Source of the DNA: Octopus sinensis
Lineage: Eukaryota
Direction: 5' to 3'
NCBI RefSeq assembly: GCF_006345805.1
Contig: NC_043000.1
Location: forward strand, 7,254,001-7,318,000
Length of the DNA: 64,000 nt
Below, one piece after another: positions 12,490 to 24,063 of this stretch; position 1 is the stretch's first letter; each line of letters starts with the position of its first letter. Position numbers and translations under genes: made by a program. The notes below the pieces were generated by a model. That model did not search any database and had not been told where the DNA came from. It saw nothing but the letters and a program-made list of their open reading frames with translations.

Positions 12490-12860
12490 GTGGGCATAGC
12501 TATGTGGTTAAGGAGTTTGCTTTGCTTCCCAACTACATGATTTCAAGTTCAGTCCCATTTCATGGCCCTGGATCAACTAAAGTCTTACGAGTGGATTTGT
12601 TTGATAGAAACTGAAAAGGCTTGCTGTGTATGTATGCATGTGTGTCCTTGCCTTGACATCACATGATGGTTGGAAACAAGTGTTGTTTCCAATCTTTTGT
12701 GAAAAACGTTTGGCCATGGGCAAGTATTACCTTGCTTGGAAATAAGTTAAGGGTTGACAACAGGAAGGACATCCAACTGTAGAAAATCTGCTTCAACAAG
12801 TTCCATTTTTCCCAAGCAAGCATGGAAAAATGGCTGTTATGACAATGATGATGATGTTGG
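12490..12860 (+). mobile_element. SINE family A head joined to an alternative 3' module ending in a (tga)n tail
   Basis: Head ggcatagctatgtggttaagg...gaaactgaaa, TG-rich linker, then cttgacatcacatgatg...gcatggaaaaatggctgtt and atgatgatg. Confidence 0.65.
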
Positions 12861-13205
12861 TGAAATGAAATCCACAGCTGGTGAAATAATAAAATAATCT
12901 CGGTAGCACAGTGTTTAACCTCTGGAATGTTGAGTTCGTAGATCACTTTTAAAGTTTTTAATCAACTATTTCTATGTAGTTGTTCTATTTTACTAATCTT
13001 CATCATGAGTTATCAAGTATCAACATTATTATGTAGATTTTTTAAAGAGAGTTTTGTAAGTCTTCTAAGAGTTAATGTCTTATAAGGTGTTCTCTGTATT
13101 TTTTGATATAATAAAAATAGAATTAATTTTAGCAATCTGTTGTGGGGAATTGAACACCAAGAAGGTTTTCCCATTAAACTAATGTCTTTTGTTTCTTGTT
13201 TTCAG

Positions 13206-13231
13206 AGTCCCTCAACAAAGCTTTAGACTAG
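13206..13231 (+). other. Candidate 26-nt micro-exon
   Basis: Polypyrimidine acceptor gtcttttgtttcttgttttcag and donor AG/gtgaga; no homology support. Confidence 0.3.
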
Positions 13232-14097
13232 GTGAGACCCTATGAGTTTCTTATGAATACTCAATGACTAAAATTATTATTAAACATTAAGCATCTTTAA
13301 CTAAAGCATCCTTGGATGAATTTAGTTAACTTTTTATTAGTTGTAGCTTATTTAAAAAAATCATTATGATCTGATTGAGAGGTTATTAGTAGGAATGGTA
13401 TTCATTTATATGAACCATTGCTCTTATCAAACAAAAATTTTTTCCATGCTGACATATGGCCCAGTGGCAATTTATCAAAAACAGTTGCTAAGAACAAAAA
13501 AAAATAAATAAAAAGAAAGCAAAACAAGACAAAAAAACAATTGACCCAAGTAACTGTTGCTTAGTCTAATGGTTAATTGAAACAAATATTCAGAATAAAG
13601 TAAATTGGTTAAAGGAAGAAAGTTATATTATGCTTTATTGAATTTTGTTTTAATAAAAAGTGTGTGAAAAAGCAGTTTGTGTGTCTTAATGTGGATATAC
13701 TAATAGAATTGTACAATATTGTGATATTTGTTAGGAGAAGGCATCTCATATGGATGTTTAGTGTTTTAAAAAAACCCCCACACAAGTATCAGCAGCATAT
13801 GAAAAATGTGCAGCAATGGTGATGGAACTGCGATTTCTGTGTTGCAGCCGGTATCAACTATTACTCATGCTCAGACAAATTTCCCCTAGAAAAGCAGTGA
13901 TTAATCAGTTACTGGTGTTACAAATAGCTGTGTCTTATTTAGTATCTGCTGTCTGATAAACCATTAAACATTGTGTTAAATGTTCCTTTATGGCCTTTTA
14001 TCATCGTTGGTTCAAAATCTGTGGCTATTAAATCAGTGTTTGAAAATGGTGTTAATGCTTTTACTACATGAACAGTTCAACAGTGATATATATATGT

Positions 14098-14420
14098 AAT
14101 GCCAGTGCTGCCTTGACTGGCTTCCATGCTGGTGGCACGTAAAAAGCACCTTCCGAACGTGGCCAATGCCAGCGCCGCCTTGACTGGCTTCCGTGCCGGT
14201 GGTATGTAAAAAGCACCAATCCGATCGTGGTCGTTGCCAGCCTCGCCTGGCACCTGTGCCGGTGGCACATAAAAAGCACCCACTACACTCACTGAGTGGT
14301 TGGCATTAGGAAGGGCATCCAGCTGTAGAAACACTGCCAGATCAGACTGGAGCCTGGTGCAGCCTCCTGGCTTCCCAGACCCTGGTCGAACTGTCCAACC
14401 CATGCTAGCATGGAGAACGG
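14098..14420 (+). mobile_element. 3'-end copy of the RTE LINE with about 3 diverged VNTR units
   Basis: Collinear with 8290-9050 through ccaacccatgctagcatgg...gttaaa and a gatgatgat tail. Confidence 0.85.
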
Positions 14421-16679
14421 ACGTTAAACGATGATGATAATGCAAAGTATTATAAATTGCATGTTAGGGGCAATTGAACGCATGCACACTACACTGGATT
14501 TTATATTTTAATTTTATAAAATGATTTTAATAAAATGTTAAATAGGTTTTATGAAAATGTTTATCACAATTCGATTAAGTGATAATTCAAGCAACTGAAT
14601 CAAAGTATGTTTTATGTTCTGTCAGTTGTTTTCAGTCAATTCTATTCCAATCAGCTATTTACTTTGAAATATAGGTAAATCAGAGAAGCCAAAGATCAAT
14701 TGTGACCTATCAGTGGTATGGATTTATAGTCAAACCTGTTATAGTAAAGCTCACTTGAAGTTTCTTTTGTCTTACTACTTATTACACTTCATTTCAATAG
14801 ATGTAGTTTTCAAGTTACTTATTCACAATCACATGCAAGTATGTGTGTATAAGTATAGATGTGTGTGTGTTTGTGTGTTTTTTGCAATGATTTGATAAGC
14901 AGTATCGAGTTTTAAAATTCTGTAAATAATAATAATAATAATGTATATGTATACATAGGTTGGATTTAAGCTCAAAGTTTTTGTATCAGGCATAGGGTTT
15001 TAATGATGTATTGGATTGACTGACATATTTTAGGTGACATAATTTGCTAGGATTTTGCCAGTCAGTGTTCAGGATGCTTTATAAATATCTAGATGAAACT
15101 TCATGTGTTGGGGACTTTAAATTTGCACTGTGGAAGTGTCATGATAACCATAAGTAATTTGGTAAGGCCATGTGTTTTATCTTGTAGCTTTGAGATTTTA
15201 ATGTGTCTTATTTTGTAGCAGTTTTAGGGAAATATGTGCATGACCAAATCGTAGGTAGATGTACAATATTTTTGGACATGTTATTCATCATCATTATCAT
15301 CATTTATTATTCATTTTTGTTAAACAAGATAGTGTTTTAGTGTGTTATTGTAGTGCTCTGGGCTTTTGCACATAATGTCTGGGTGTTTGGAGATGGGTTT
15401 TCATGTAATGACAGGAATTGTGGTGGGAGGGTGTGGCTTTTTGTGATAACAGTCTCCTGGTAAAATTTTTGATTTGTTGTGTTGATCTGTGCACAATCTC
15501 TGAATCCATTCTATACTTTTTTGTGATCTTTGAAGTTTAGTGTATTTCGTTTTTAAGAGATTAGAAGGCCAGGTATAACTCCTAGCACAGTTCACAAGGG
15601 AACTGGTATATTATTTGTACACCATTATTGTTGTTTTGTTCTGTTGATTGAATGTGGTGACTACAGTTGTTTGCTTGAAGTATGTTTATATTGTTTTGTT
15701 TTCTTTACTATGTCTTCCATATGTATTGTGAACGTTGTATTGGAGTTGCCTGTAACTTTTAGTATTTATATCTTCTGTGTATTTACAGTATGTTTAAGTT
15801 GTGGAGTGGGTTATATTTGGTAATATCTGATGTATTCTGGTGTTGTTGGTTGGAGAGACAGTGGATTTTCAAAGTGCTATTTTAATTATGATATTGTGGC
15901 TTCTAGGATTCCTGGGGATTTATGCAGTTGTGCAGTAGTGCCTGGAGAGAAGTGTTAGGGTTTCATAGTTTTGATATGAGTAGTTGTAGATAGGTCAGTG
16001 AGTGCTGTGATTCCTTCAGGCCCTTTGTTATTTTTGGTATATGCTTGTAATTTTGTCTGGCCTTGAGGCTTTAAGTTTTTAGATTCCCTCTTTTTTGGAG
16101 TGTTTGATGGAGGGAAAGGATCTGGCCTCTCACACTTACCCCACAGTGTCATTCTAATAATAAATCACATCATTAAAATCTCAAAGCTACAAGATAAAAC
16201 ACAAGGCCTTACCAAATCACTTACTAAACAAACACAGCTCTTAAGTCTTTAAGTACTCAGCATGCAAGTTCCTATAGGTGTTAGCAAAAAACATCTTTTT
16301 GCTATACATGGTGTAGCAAAAACTATTTTCTTTAAAAAAAAAAAATCCCTTTAAAATGTTTTACATAAGAAACACTGCTTATAGTGTATTTTCAATGTGT
16401 TATCATTCAACCATGATAGTGGTTGAATATATTCTTTAGTCCATCATTTCGTCGATTGCAGCAGCTTCCAAGCTTCACCAATTCAGTTCTCAACTAAATT
16501 GTGAACTGTTAATAGTTTTAAAGAGGACATCCCTATTTGGCACAAATAGTTTGAGATTTTGTTTAGTAGAAAAAAAGTTACATCAAAATATATCAGATCT
16601 CAAGTGGGCAGTAAGGCAGATATTCGTCTTCAATTAACATAGATTTTAAAATGTTAAATTAAAAGTATTCCTTTCTTAG

Positions 16680-16757
16680 GCTGAAATGATAGAAAAATGC
16701 ATGAGGAATTCAGGATCGTTAGTCGCATTGAACAAAACTTAGAAAAACAGTTACGAG
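16680..16757 (+). other. Candidate 78-nt cassette exon
   Basis: Acceptor attcctttcttag and donor GAG/gtaaaa; locally more CpG; no homology support. Confidence 0.3.
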
Positions 16758-16861
16758 GTAAAATGTTACAAAATTTATTGTCAGTAAGTGAGGAAGTAAG
16801 GGAGTAATGCTTAAGCAATAAGAATAAAGAATATATTTCTAAAATGAATGTTTACATTCTA

Positions 16862-16975
16862 AGGCAGTGAGCTGGTAGAAACGTTAGCGTACCAGGTGAA
16901 ATGCTTAGCCGTATTTTGTCTGTTTTTATGTTTTGAGTTCAAATTTCTCCGAGGTCGACTTTGACGTACAGGTTA
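16862..16975 (+). mobile_element. SINE family B head (tRNA-like)
   Basis: ggcagtgagctggtagaaacgttagc...gagttcaaatt...gaggtcgactttg with A/B-box-like elements. Confidence 0.75.
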
Positions 16976-19259
16976 TTTAATTAATCTTTTTTTTAACATC
17001 TGATACTGGTAGAATGTGTCACATAGAACAGGGTTTACTCTTAACGTTTTTGACAAAAATTCTGTACTTTAGAAGTTATTTCGTCAGAAGTTACAGAGTG
17101 ACAATAGACAAATTTATGTTTGATAAATGCCAATACACGAAACTCTCAGCTTTTGACTTACTCTCTAACTTCTGCTGATGATATATGTACATATTACATA
17201 TATGTGTAAAAAAATCTCATCACGCAATCGAACCAATGAAAGAACCTCTACCTGGTCGCTCGACATATTAAAAATAGCAGCCAAAGTATCCCACTACGTA
17301 AATCACATGCCCATTCTATGTAATGTCCTAGATTATCCCTAAAAAGACGGTTTGCTGAAGGCTGGAATGTCTTTGTTGATAGGTTTGCAGTATCAGGGTT
17401 GATTTGAGGCTAAATAACAACAACATTATGTAAAATTTCTATATTAACACCTGCATGATTTTCACTAAGAAAAAAAAACCTCCCAAAATTTGATTTTTTT
17501 GCATGGAATCAACTACCCTGACTTAATATGCTGCAGCTCCCTTATTTTGGTTCAGAAAAAATTAGGTGGGAGGAGTAATGCCCTAATCCAGGAATCATTG
17601 GAATTCTTTTTTTCATTGAATGAATTCCTGTGACCGCCTAATATGGCAAAATTAGGTTGCTTAAGGTGAGCCTGGTAACTGATGGTTTTGGGGTTTGCTG
17701 CTTGTGACGTTTGGTGAGCCATAGTACAACCAACATCTGGTAAAAATCCCTGCCATTAATTTGGTGTCTATGGGTAATATCAAAAAATTCAATCGCAACA
17801 TATATTTAAATTAAACATGAAAAAAAATTTTAATATTATCATCACTTACAATGGAAAAATTGAAATATTATCTTTCAGTATTTTATAAGGTAAAATCTTA
17901 AATTATTAATTGACACATTATTAATTATCTTATAACAGCAATACCTGGAAAAATCATGGATTACATGGATAAATGTGAGCATGAAAAGTAATATTCTTAA
18001 GATTATAAACCTGGAAAAGTACAGGACAAGTTATTACACTTGTAAAAGTATAGGAGAGCTATTACTTCTAGTAAAGAATAAGAAACTTTTTACTTAAAAT
18101 GCTACAGCCAAAATTAAAATTTGGATATTGAAACTTATTTTATTATAGTTTACAAATAACACTATACTTATTTAAGCAGAATTTGGCTAATTTACTACCT
18201 TAAATACAGAAAAAAGTGATTCATTAGACAAACTTATAAATTAGCTGAACAGTTTTGTACAATAAATTTAAAAGATGAGAACTGTAAAGAGTAATAAATT
18301 AGAAGAACTGGCATTCTTTGCTGCAATATTTTAAGTAAAAAGTTTCTTATTCTTTACTTTACTTGAAGTAATAGTTTGTCGTATATTTTTACAGGTGTAA
18401 TAACTTGTTCTGTACTTTTCCAGGTTTATAATCTGAAGAATATTACTTTTCATGCTCACATTTTTCTATGTAATGACACACACGTGTGTGTGTGTGTGTG
18501 TGGTAGGTGAGTTCTCTGTTTGTAGACAGTGAAAATATTGTGTTTGGCATTAAGTATTTGTGTTTCTTTGTTGATGTCAGTGAACTGGATACTGTTTTCA
18601 TGTTCATCTGTGCTCAAAACCTTCAGACTGTCCCGACTGCATCTCAAGAATTACTCAATGTGTCTAACTTTACTTGAATGAGCATTTTTTGTAGTTTATT
18701 TTAGAAAGGAATATATATTTATATGTGAGTTGAATTGGTAGAGGGAGACTATGAGGAAACTAACCATGTGTGTGTGTGTGTGTGTGTGTGTGTATAGAGA
18801 GGTGCAGGCATGTGTGGTAAGAAGCTTGCTTCCCAACCACATGGTTCTGGTTTCAGTCCCACTGCAAGGCACCACAAATCCCTATAAACACAGTTATGTC
18901 CTGTTATTTCCAACTTTAGAGACACCATTTTCATCCATTTTTATCAGTAAGGCTGTAGTTTGTTGGAAATTTTGTTGCTACTTCTGTCAGGTCTAGGCTA
19001 CAATGGTGTTTTATACTTAGACATAGATACATAAGACATAAGGATGTGATTTGAGGGTCACTTGACTAGTATTTTTAGCATGTCAAGCTCGTTTATTGAT
19101 ATTTCCCTTGTATACATATGAGACGGTTGGGTGTCTTAAATAGCGGCAAAATCTACTTCAGATTGCACCTTAATGTATTACGTATGAATCAATGGAAACC
19201 TCTATGTTGTAGCTTGACCTGCTAGAAATAGTTGCCAGCTGACCCTCAAATCACCATTA

Positions 19260-20300
19260 CTGTTTTATTTATATATTTTATCTTTTACTTGTTCATCTTT
19301 GGAGAAACATTTCCTTTTAAAATCCACTCCTCATTCTCAATATCATCTGTTCCCATTTTATTTTCCACTGATTCTTCTCTGTGTCTCCAGTAACTTCTCT
19401 CCTCCCTTGGTCTTCATCTTATGGCTGTCATACTTCATCTTTAACACCTTATCTGTTATCAATCTCAACACTCTCTTATACCTTACCATGGATGGCCTTC
19501 CCCTACTCATTGTACCCCTGACATTGCATCTCTGCCATTGCTCATCATCTTGTTTTCTTACCTATCTACAGGTTCATTAAACTGCTGCTCTCCACCCTTC
19601 CTCTTTTGCCACTCATCACCTTCACCTTCCTCTTTTGCCACTTCTGCTTCTTTCACACACTCCTCTCCTACCATCAGCTGCACCTCCACCCTTGTTCCAT
19701 TCACTATGTTCACCTCCTTTCTCTCTTCTGTCTGCCACTCTCCTTTCACACTCTAATAAACTTATCTCTCTGTCTGTCTCACTAGAGCGAGAGAGAGTGT
19801 GTGTATTAGATATGTCTTTTTCTTCCTTCATTTCCAACACTGCTCTCACCTAGCTACTCATACTCAGCTTTTTTATCTCATTTTTCTTTGATGGCTCTAT
19901 TTCCAGCATTTTCTGTCTACTTCTCTCTCTCAGCAATATTTTGTTCATCCATTAAAACATTTGCATTTTTGTTCTTTCCACCCTTCTCTGCTGCTCTACA
20001 CTTGTTTATTGCATGTTTCCTCACCACCACCACCACCACCACCACCATAAATCATGCCATTTCTCATGCTTAGATCTTTCCCTTCAGTTTCATTGATACT
20101 TTCTTCATACACCACTTAGTTCCCAGAACTATGCATCTCTCTCTCTTGCTTCTGTCACTGAGTCCAGTTTATCAGCTCCTTTCAACATGTTCCCTCAAGT
20201 AGATGTTTTCACTCCTTCCACCTTCATCATCCCCAAGGTCCACTTTGACATTCTCTGGCTATAGCTCCCTCTTTACACCGGAATGTAGCTGTCACATTCA
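19260..20300. repeat. Pyrimidine-rich low-complexity tract
   Basis: Extended C/T-rich sequence with (cca)n; the Glu- and Ser-rich ORFs here are compositional artefacts. Confidence 0.55.
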
Positions 20301-20330
20301 TTAATAATCTACTCACAACATTTTTTGATG

Positions 20331-20388
20331 AACCCACCCAACCCACCCAACCCACCCAACACACCCAACCCACCCAACCCACCCAACA
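20331..20388. repeat. 9-bp minisatellite (acccaccca)n
   Basis: About 6 units read directly from the sequence. Confidence 0.9.
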
Positions 20389-20400
20389 CACAGTGTACAT

Positions 20401-20672
20401 TAACTCTTTAGCATTCAGATTCCCCTGTCAGATGTTATGTTTATTTATTTATTCACATTCTCTTTTACTCTTTTACTTGTTTCTGTCATTTGACTGTGGC
20501 CATGCTGGAGCACTGCCTTTAGTCGAGCAAATCGACCCCAGGACTTATTCTTTGTAAGCCTAGTACTTATTCTATAGGTCTCTTTTGCCGAACCACTAAG
20601 TTATGGGGACATAAACACACCAGCATCAGTTGTCAGGCGATGTGGGGGGGGGGGGGGAACACAGACACTCAA

Positions 20673-20725
<53 letters not shown>

Positions 20726-21080
20726 CATACATACATACATATGACAGGCTTTTTTCAGTTTCCGTCTACCAAATCCACTCACAAGGCTTTGGTTGGCCTG
20801 AGGCTATAGTAGAAGACACTGGCCCAAAGTGCCATGCAGTGGGACTGAACCCGGAACCATGCTGTTGGTAAGCAAACTACTTACCACACAGCCACTCTTG
20901 CGCCTATATTATGTATTAATCATTGAATTACTTTGTAACTTTGAGATTTCAATGAGGTGATTGCTTATTTTTAGAATGATTTCAGGATAGGTGTGGTAGG
21001 TCATATCTGGCTAGTTTGAACATAAAACAGGTAAAATATTTTGGGCCAGATATGGCTGGTGGTAAATGTTGAAGGGTAAA
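20401..21080 (-). mobile_element. piggyBac-type MITE (family C) split by a SINE A insertion
   Basis: taactctttagcattcagat at 20401 and the second half (tttagaatgat...aaatgttgaagggtaaa) resume on either side of the SINE. Confidence 0.7.
20459..20904 (-). mobile_element. Full-length SINE family A
   Basis: Collinear with 56863-57272; internal (CA)/(TA) microsatellite; tRNA-like head ends ...gccactcttgcgcc. Confidence 0.85.
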
Positions 21081-22131
21081 ATGAAGTTCACTTGAATACA
21101 TTTACTGCATATGGCCAATTCCTTGTTCTTTCCATCTGAATATGTTTTACCACTTACTCTCACCTTCAACCTATAGAGAAAGGAAACAGCTTATAGCCAC
21201 TTATCAGAAAGCCTGTCAGTAACAGGCACCAATTTAACTCATTAGTATATTAGTACATTCTCTGGTAGCACATGTAAAATATAACTAAAGTGCTGAGACA
21301 GTATGTATATGCATGTGGATAAACTGTAAACATGTTCACATGCATACATTTGATAAACATATATTAAACCTATCTGTGGTTTGACACTAAATATTTTTTC
21401 TATGGGATACATCTGAGAAAGGCTTGACTAGTTTTGACTGGCTGCTGTCTTATCAGAAGTGTCTATTCATTTTTCTCAAAGAGAGAGGAGGGGCCTTGGG
21501 CTACGGATAAGAAATACTATGAATAACAGGTGCTGAATGAGTGTGTGTACATATGAGGATTTGTATGTGTGTTTACATATGTATGTACTCACGTAGTTGA
21601 ATGGTTGTGAAATGTGCTTTGTAATCTTCAGATCACAGGTTGAATTTTGAGACACCTTGGGCAAATGCTTTCTCTCATTATTGAGGACAACCCAGGCCAT
21701 TTATATGAAATTGAGTAAATGGAAATTGTATAGAAGCCCTGCAGATAGGACACTGTCTGTAATCCAAAACATTAGCTTTGTTATAGATTGCTGTGTTGTC
21801 ATCTCCTCTGAAAAGTTCCGTGTCCTTTTGGTAAATCATGCAATGATTCTAATTCAGCTCTAGGTTGAATCCTATTGAAAAGAGTTACAGCTGATTACTG
21901 AATAATTTCTGTAGAACATGCTCAAAAAAAAAAAAAATGGGGATGGTTTATTCAACAAGGACCTTGAAACTCACAAATACTTTGAGTATAGTCATTCTTT
22001 AAATATAACTTTAATCCACTTGATGTCAACCGAATAGGATTTGGACATATTTCTGATGTACTAATGTCACAGTAGTGATGCTTATTCTAGCTATAGTTGT
22101 CTGTTGGTTGGTCTGTCTGTCTTTCTATGTG

Positions 22132-22182
<51 letters not shown>

Positions 22183-22237
22183 TACATGTATGTAAGTATA
22201 TATATATATATATATATATATGTACCTATATATATAT

Positions 22238-22373
22238 CATCATCATCGTTTAACGTCCGTTCTCCATGCTAGCATGGGTTGGACGGTTCGACTGGGGATC
22301 TGGGAAGCCAGAAGGCTGCACCAGGCTCCAGTCTTATCTGGCAATGTTTCTACAGCTGGATGCCCTTCCTAAC

Positions 22374-22378
<5 letters not shown>
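22238..22378 (-). repeat. Short copy of the RTE LINE 3' tail between two (TA)n arrays
   Basis: catcatcatcgtttaacgtccgttctccatgctagcatggg is the reverse complement of the 14380-14420 end. Confidence 0.85.
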
Positions 22379-22422
<44 letters not shown>

Positions 22423-23780
22423 TAACTATATTTATCCTCATTCTGCTTATTTCTGAGCCTCTACCCCAACACTTGCACATGAAGTATTTGAATTGGCCTC
22501 ACCACTATCATAATAGAAATAATTAGGACAAGGACGAAAAATGTATTTTTAGCTTGGAAATTTAAAGCAAAAATACCCAAGCGCTTCAATAATAGCGCAC
22601 AAAAGAATAATAATTGGTCCACAAAAGTGTATTGAATAGTAAAAATGTAAAACCAAATTCCTTTTCTAAAGTGGTCTCTGATTTAATTTATCTTTAACCA
22701 ATGTAGCTTACATTTGAAGTTTATTATTATGTGGGGGGAGGGGGCTAGATGTCAACCAGGTTAAATTTTAATTTCTGCAGGCTTTAACCTAACATTAATA
22801 GAAAAATCCTTAGGGAAGTCTCCTGATAAATATAGTGCTTTTATCTTTATCTGCTTAGTAATGGCTACCTTTTAAATGTAAGCACTAAATCACCTGATTA
22901 TGATGGAATTTTAAATTTTTCTGTTCTTCTTTAAAGATGACAAACAACATGCATTATTTCACTTAATATTAAAAAAAATCTCTGACGGATATCCATATAT
23001 AAATGGAGTTAGTGAATATTGACACACACGATTGCAAACTGTCAGTTGTAAAGTCCTTACTTAGAAGAATAGATTTTAGATTAAATTTTATAGGAAGAAA
23101 TTAATCACAAGACAAACACTAGCCAATAGCAAATATACAACTTCACTGTTATTCTGTGGGATTAGAAGGCCAGTGGCCTAACTCAAGAATATCACCAGAA
23201 GAGGATTGGAGATGAATGCTGATCAAAATGTCAACATGACATCTAAGATGAGGAAATATCTTGAAAAAACAGGCATAACTATAAACTTGTATCAGATAAA
23301 AAAAAAAGCTCATGAGATGCTAGTGTAATAAGAAAATATATCACAGAAGTATATGTGGAAAATGTTAATAAATAAGATACATGTATATTATGGAGACTTT
23401 ACAGGTTTATATGGGAATCAAAAGAGGCTTATAAAATTGCTATAAAAAGATCGTTGTAAGGGATTAAGCTTCTCTGTGCACACACAAAAACAGTCCTATT
23501 TAAAATAAACAAATTGCATCAAATGTAAGATAGTTTGGTAGCAAATATAAGAATAATTTAGTAGGTTCAACTGTACAAGAAATGCAGATGAAAATTAAGC
23601 TCAAGCAACACAGTAACCTGTAAAATCATGTACGACAGGATCTAAATGCATCCTGGTTATAGAATCGGTAAACAACTGCAACATTGTCATCATTCAGATT
23701 ATTTTCTCGAACGTATTGCTTATTTATTCATTATTTTGAATTAATTATGCATTATCTCATAGCTTTGAGATCTTGATGCT

Positions 23781-24063
23781 TCTCTTTTACTTCTTTACTT
23801 GTTTCAGTCATTTGACTGCGGCCATGCTGGAGCACCGCCTTTAGTCAAGCGATGTTGGGGGGACAAACACACACACACGCACACACACATACATATATAC
23901 GATGGGCTTCTTTCAGTTTCTGTCTAGCAAATCCACTCACAAGACTTTGGTCAGCCCGAGGATATAGTAGAAGGCACTTGCCTAAGGTGCTGCGCAGTGG
24001 GAATGAACCCGGAACCATGTGGTTGGTAAGTAAGCTACTTACCACATAGACACTCCTGCACCT
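23781..24063 (-). mobile_element. SINE family A (internally deleted) inside a family C MITE (about 23690-24190)
   Basis: Matches 56863-57272 with the central part missing; MITE halves on both sides. Confidence 0.8.

Noticed and set aside
16440-16500. Minus-strand cgacgaaa resembling a hammerhead 3' core
   Set aside because: No CUGANGA or covariant core at the proper distance
16862-16940. tRNA-like A/B boxes here and at other SINE heads
   Set aside because: They continue into SINE bodies and do not form complete cloverleaves; not tRNA genes
17120-17210. ctgatga with an upstream cgaaac as a permuted hammerhead
   Set aside because: The required stem II partners are not complementary
19558-19853. 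Glu-rich and Ser/Pro-rich short ORFs
   Set aside because: Products of a purine/pyrimidine-skewed low-complexity tract; no domain or splice support
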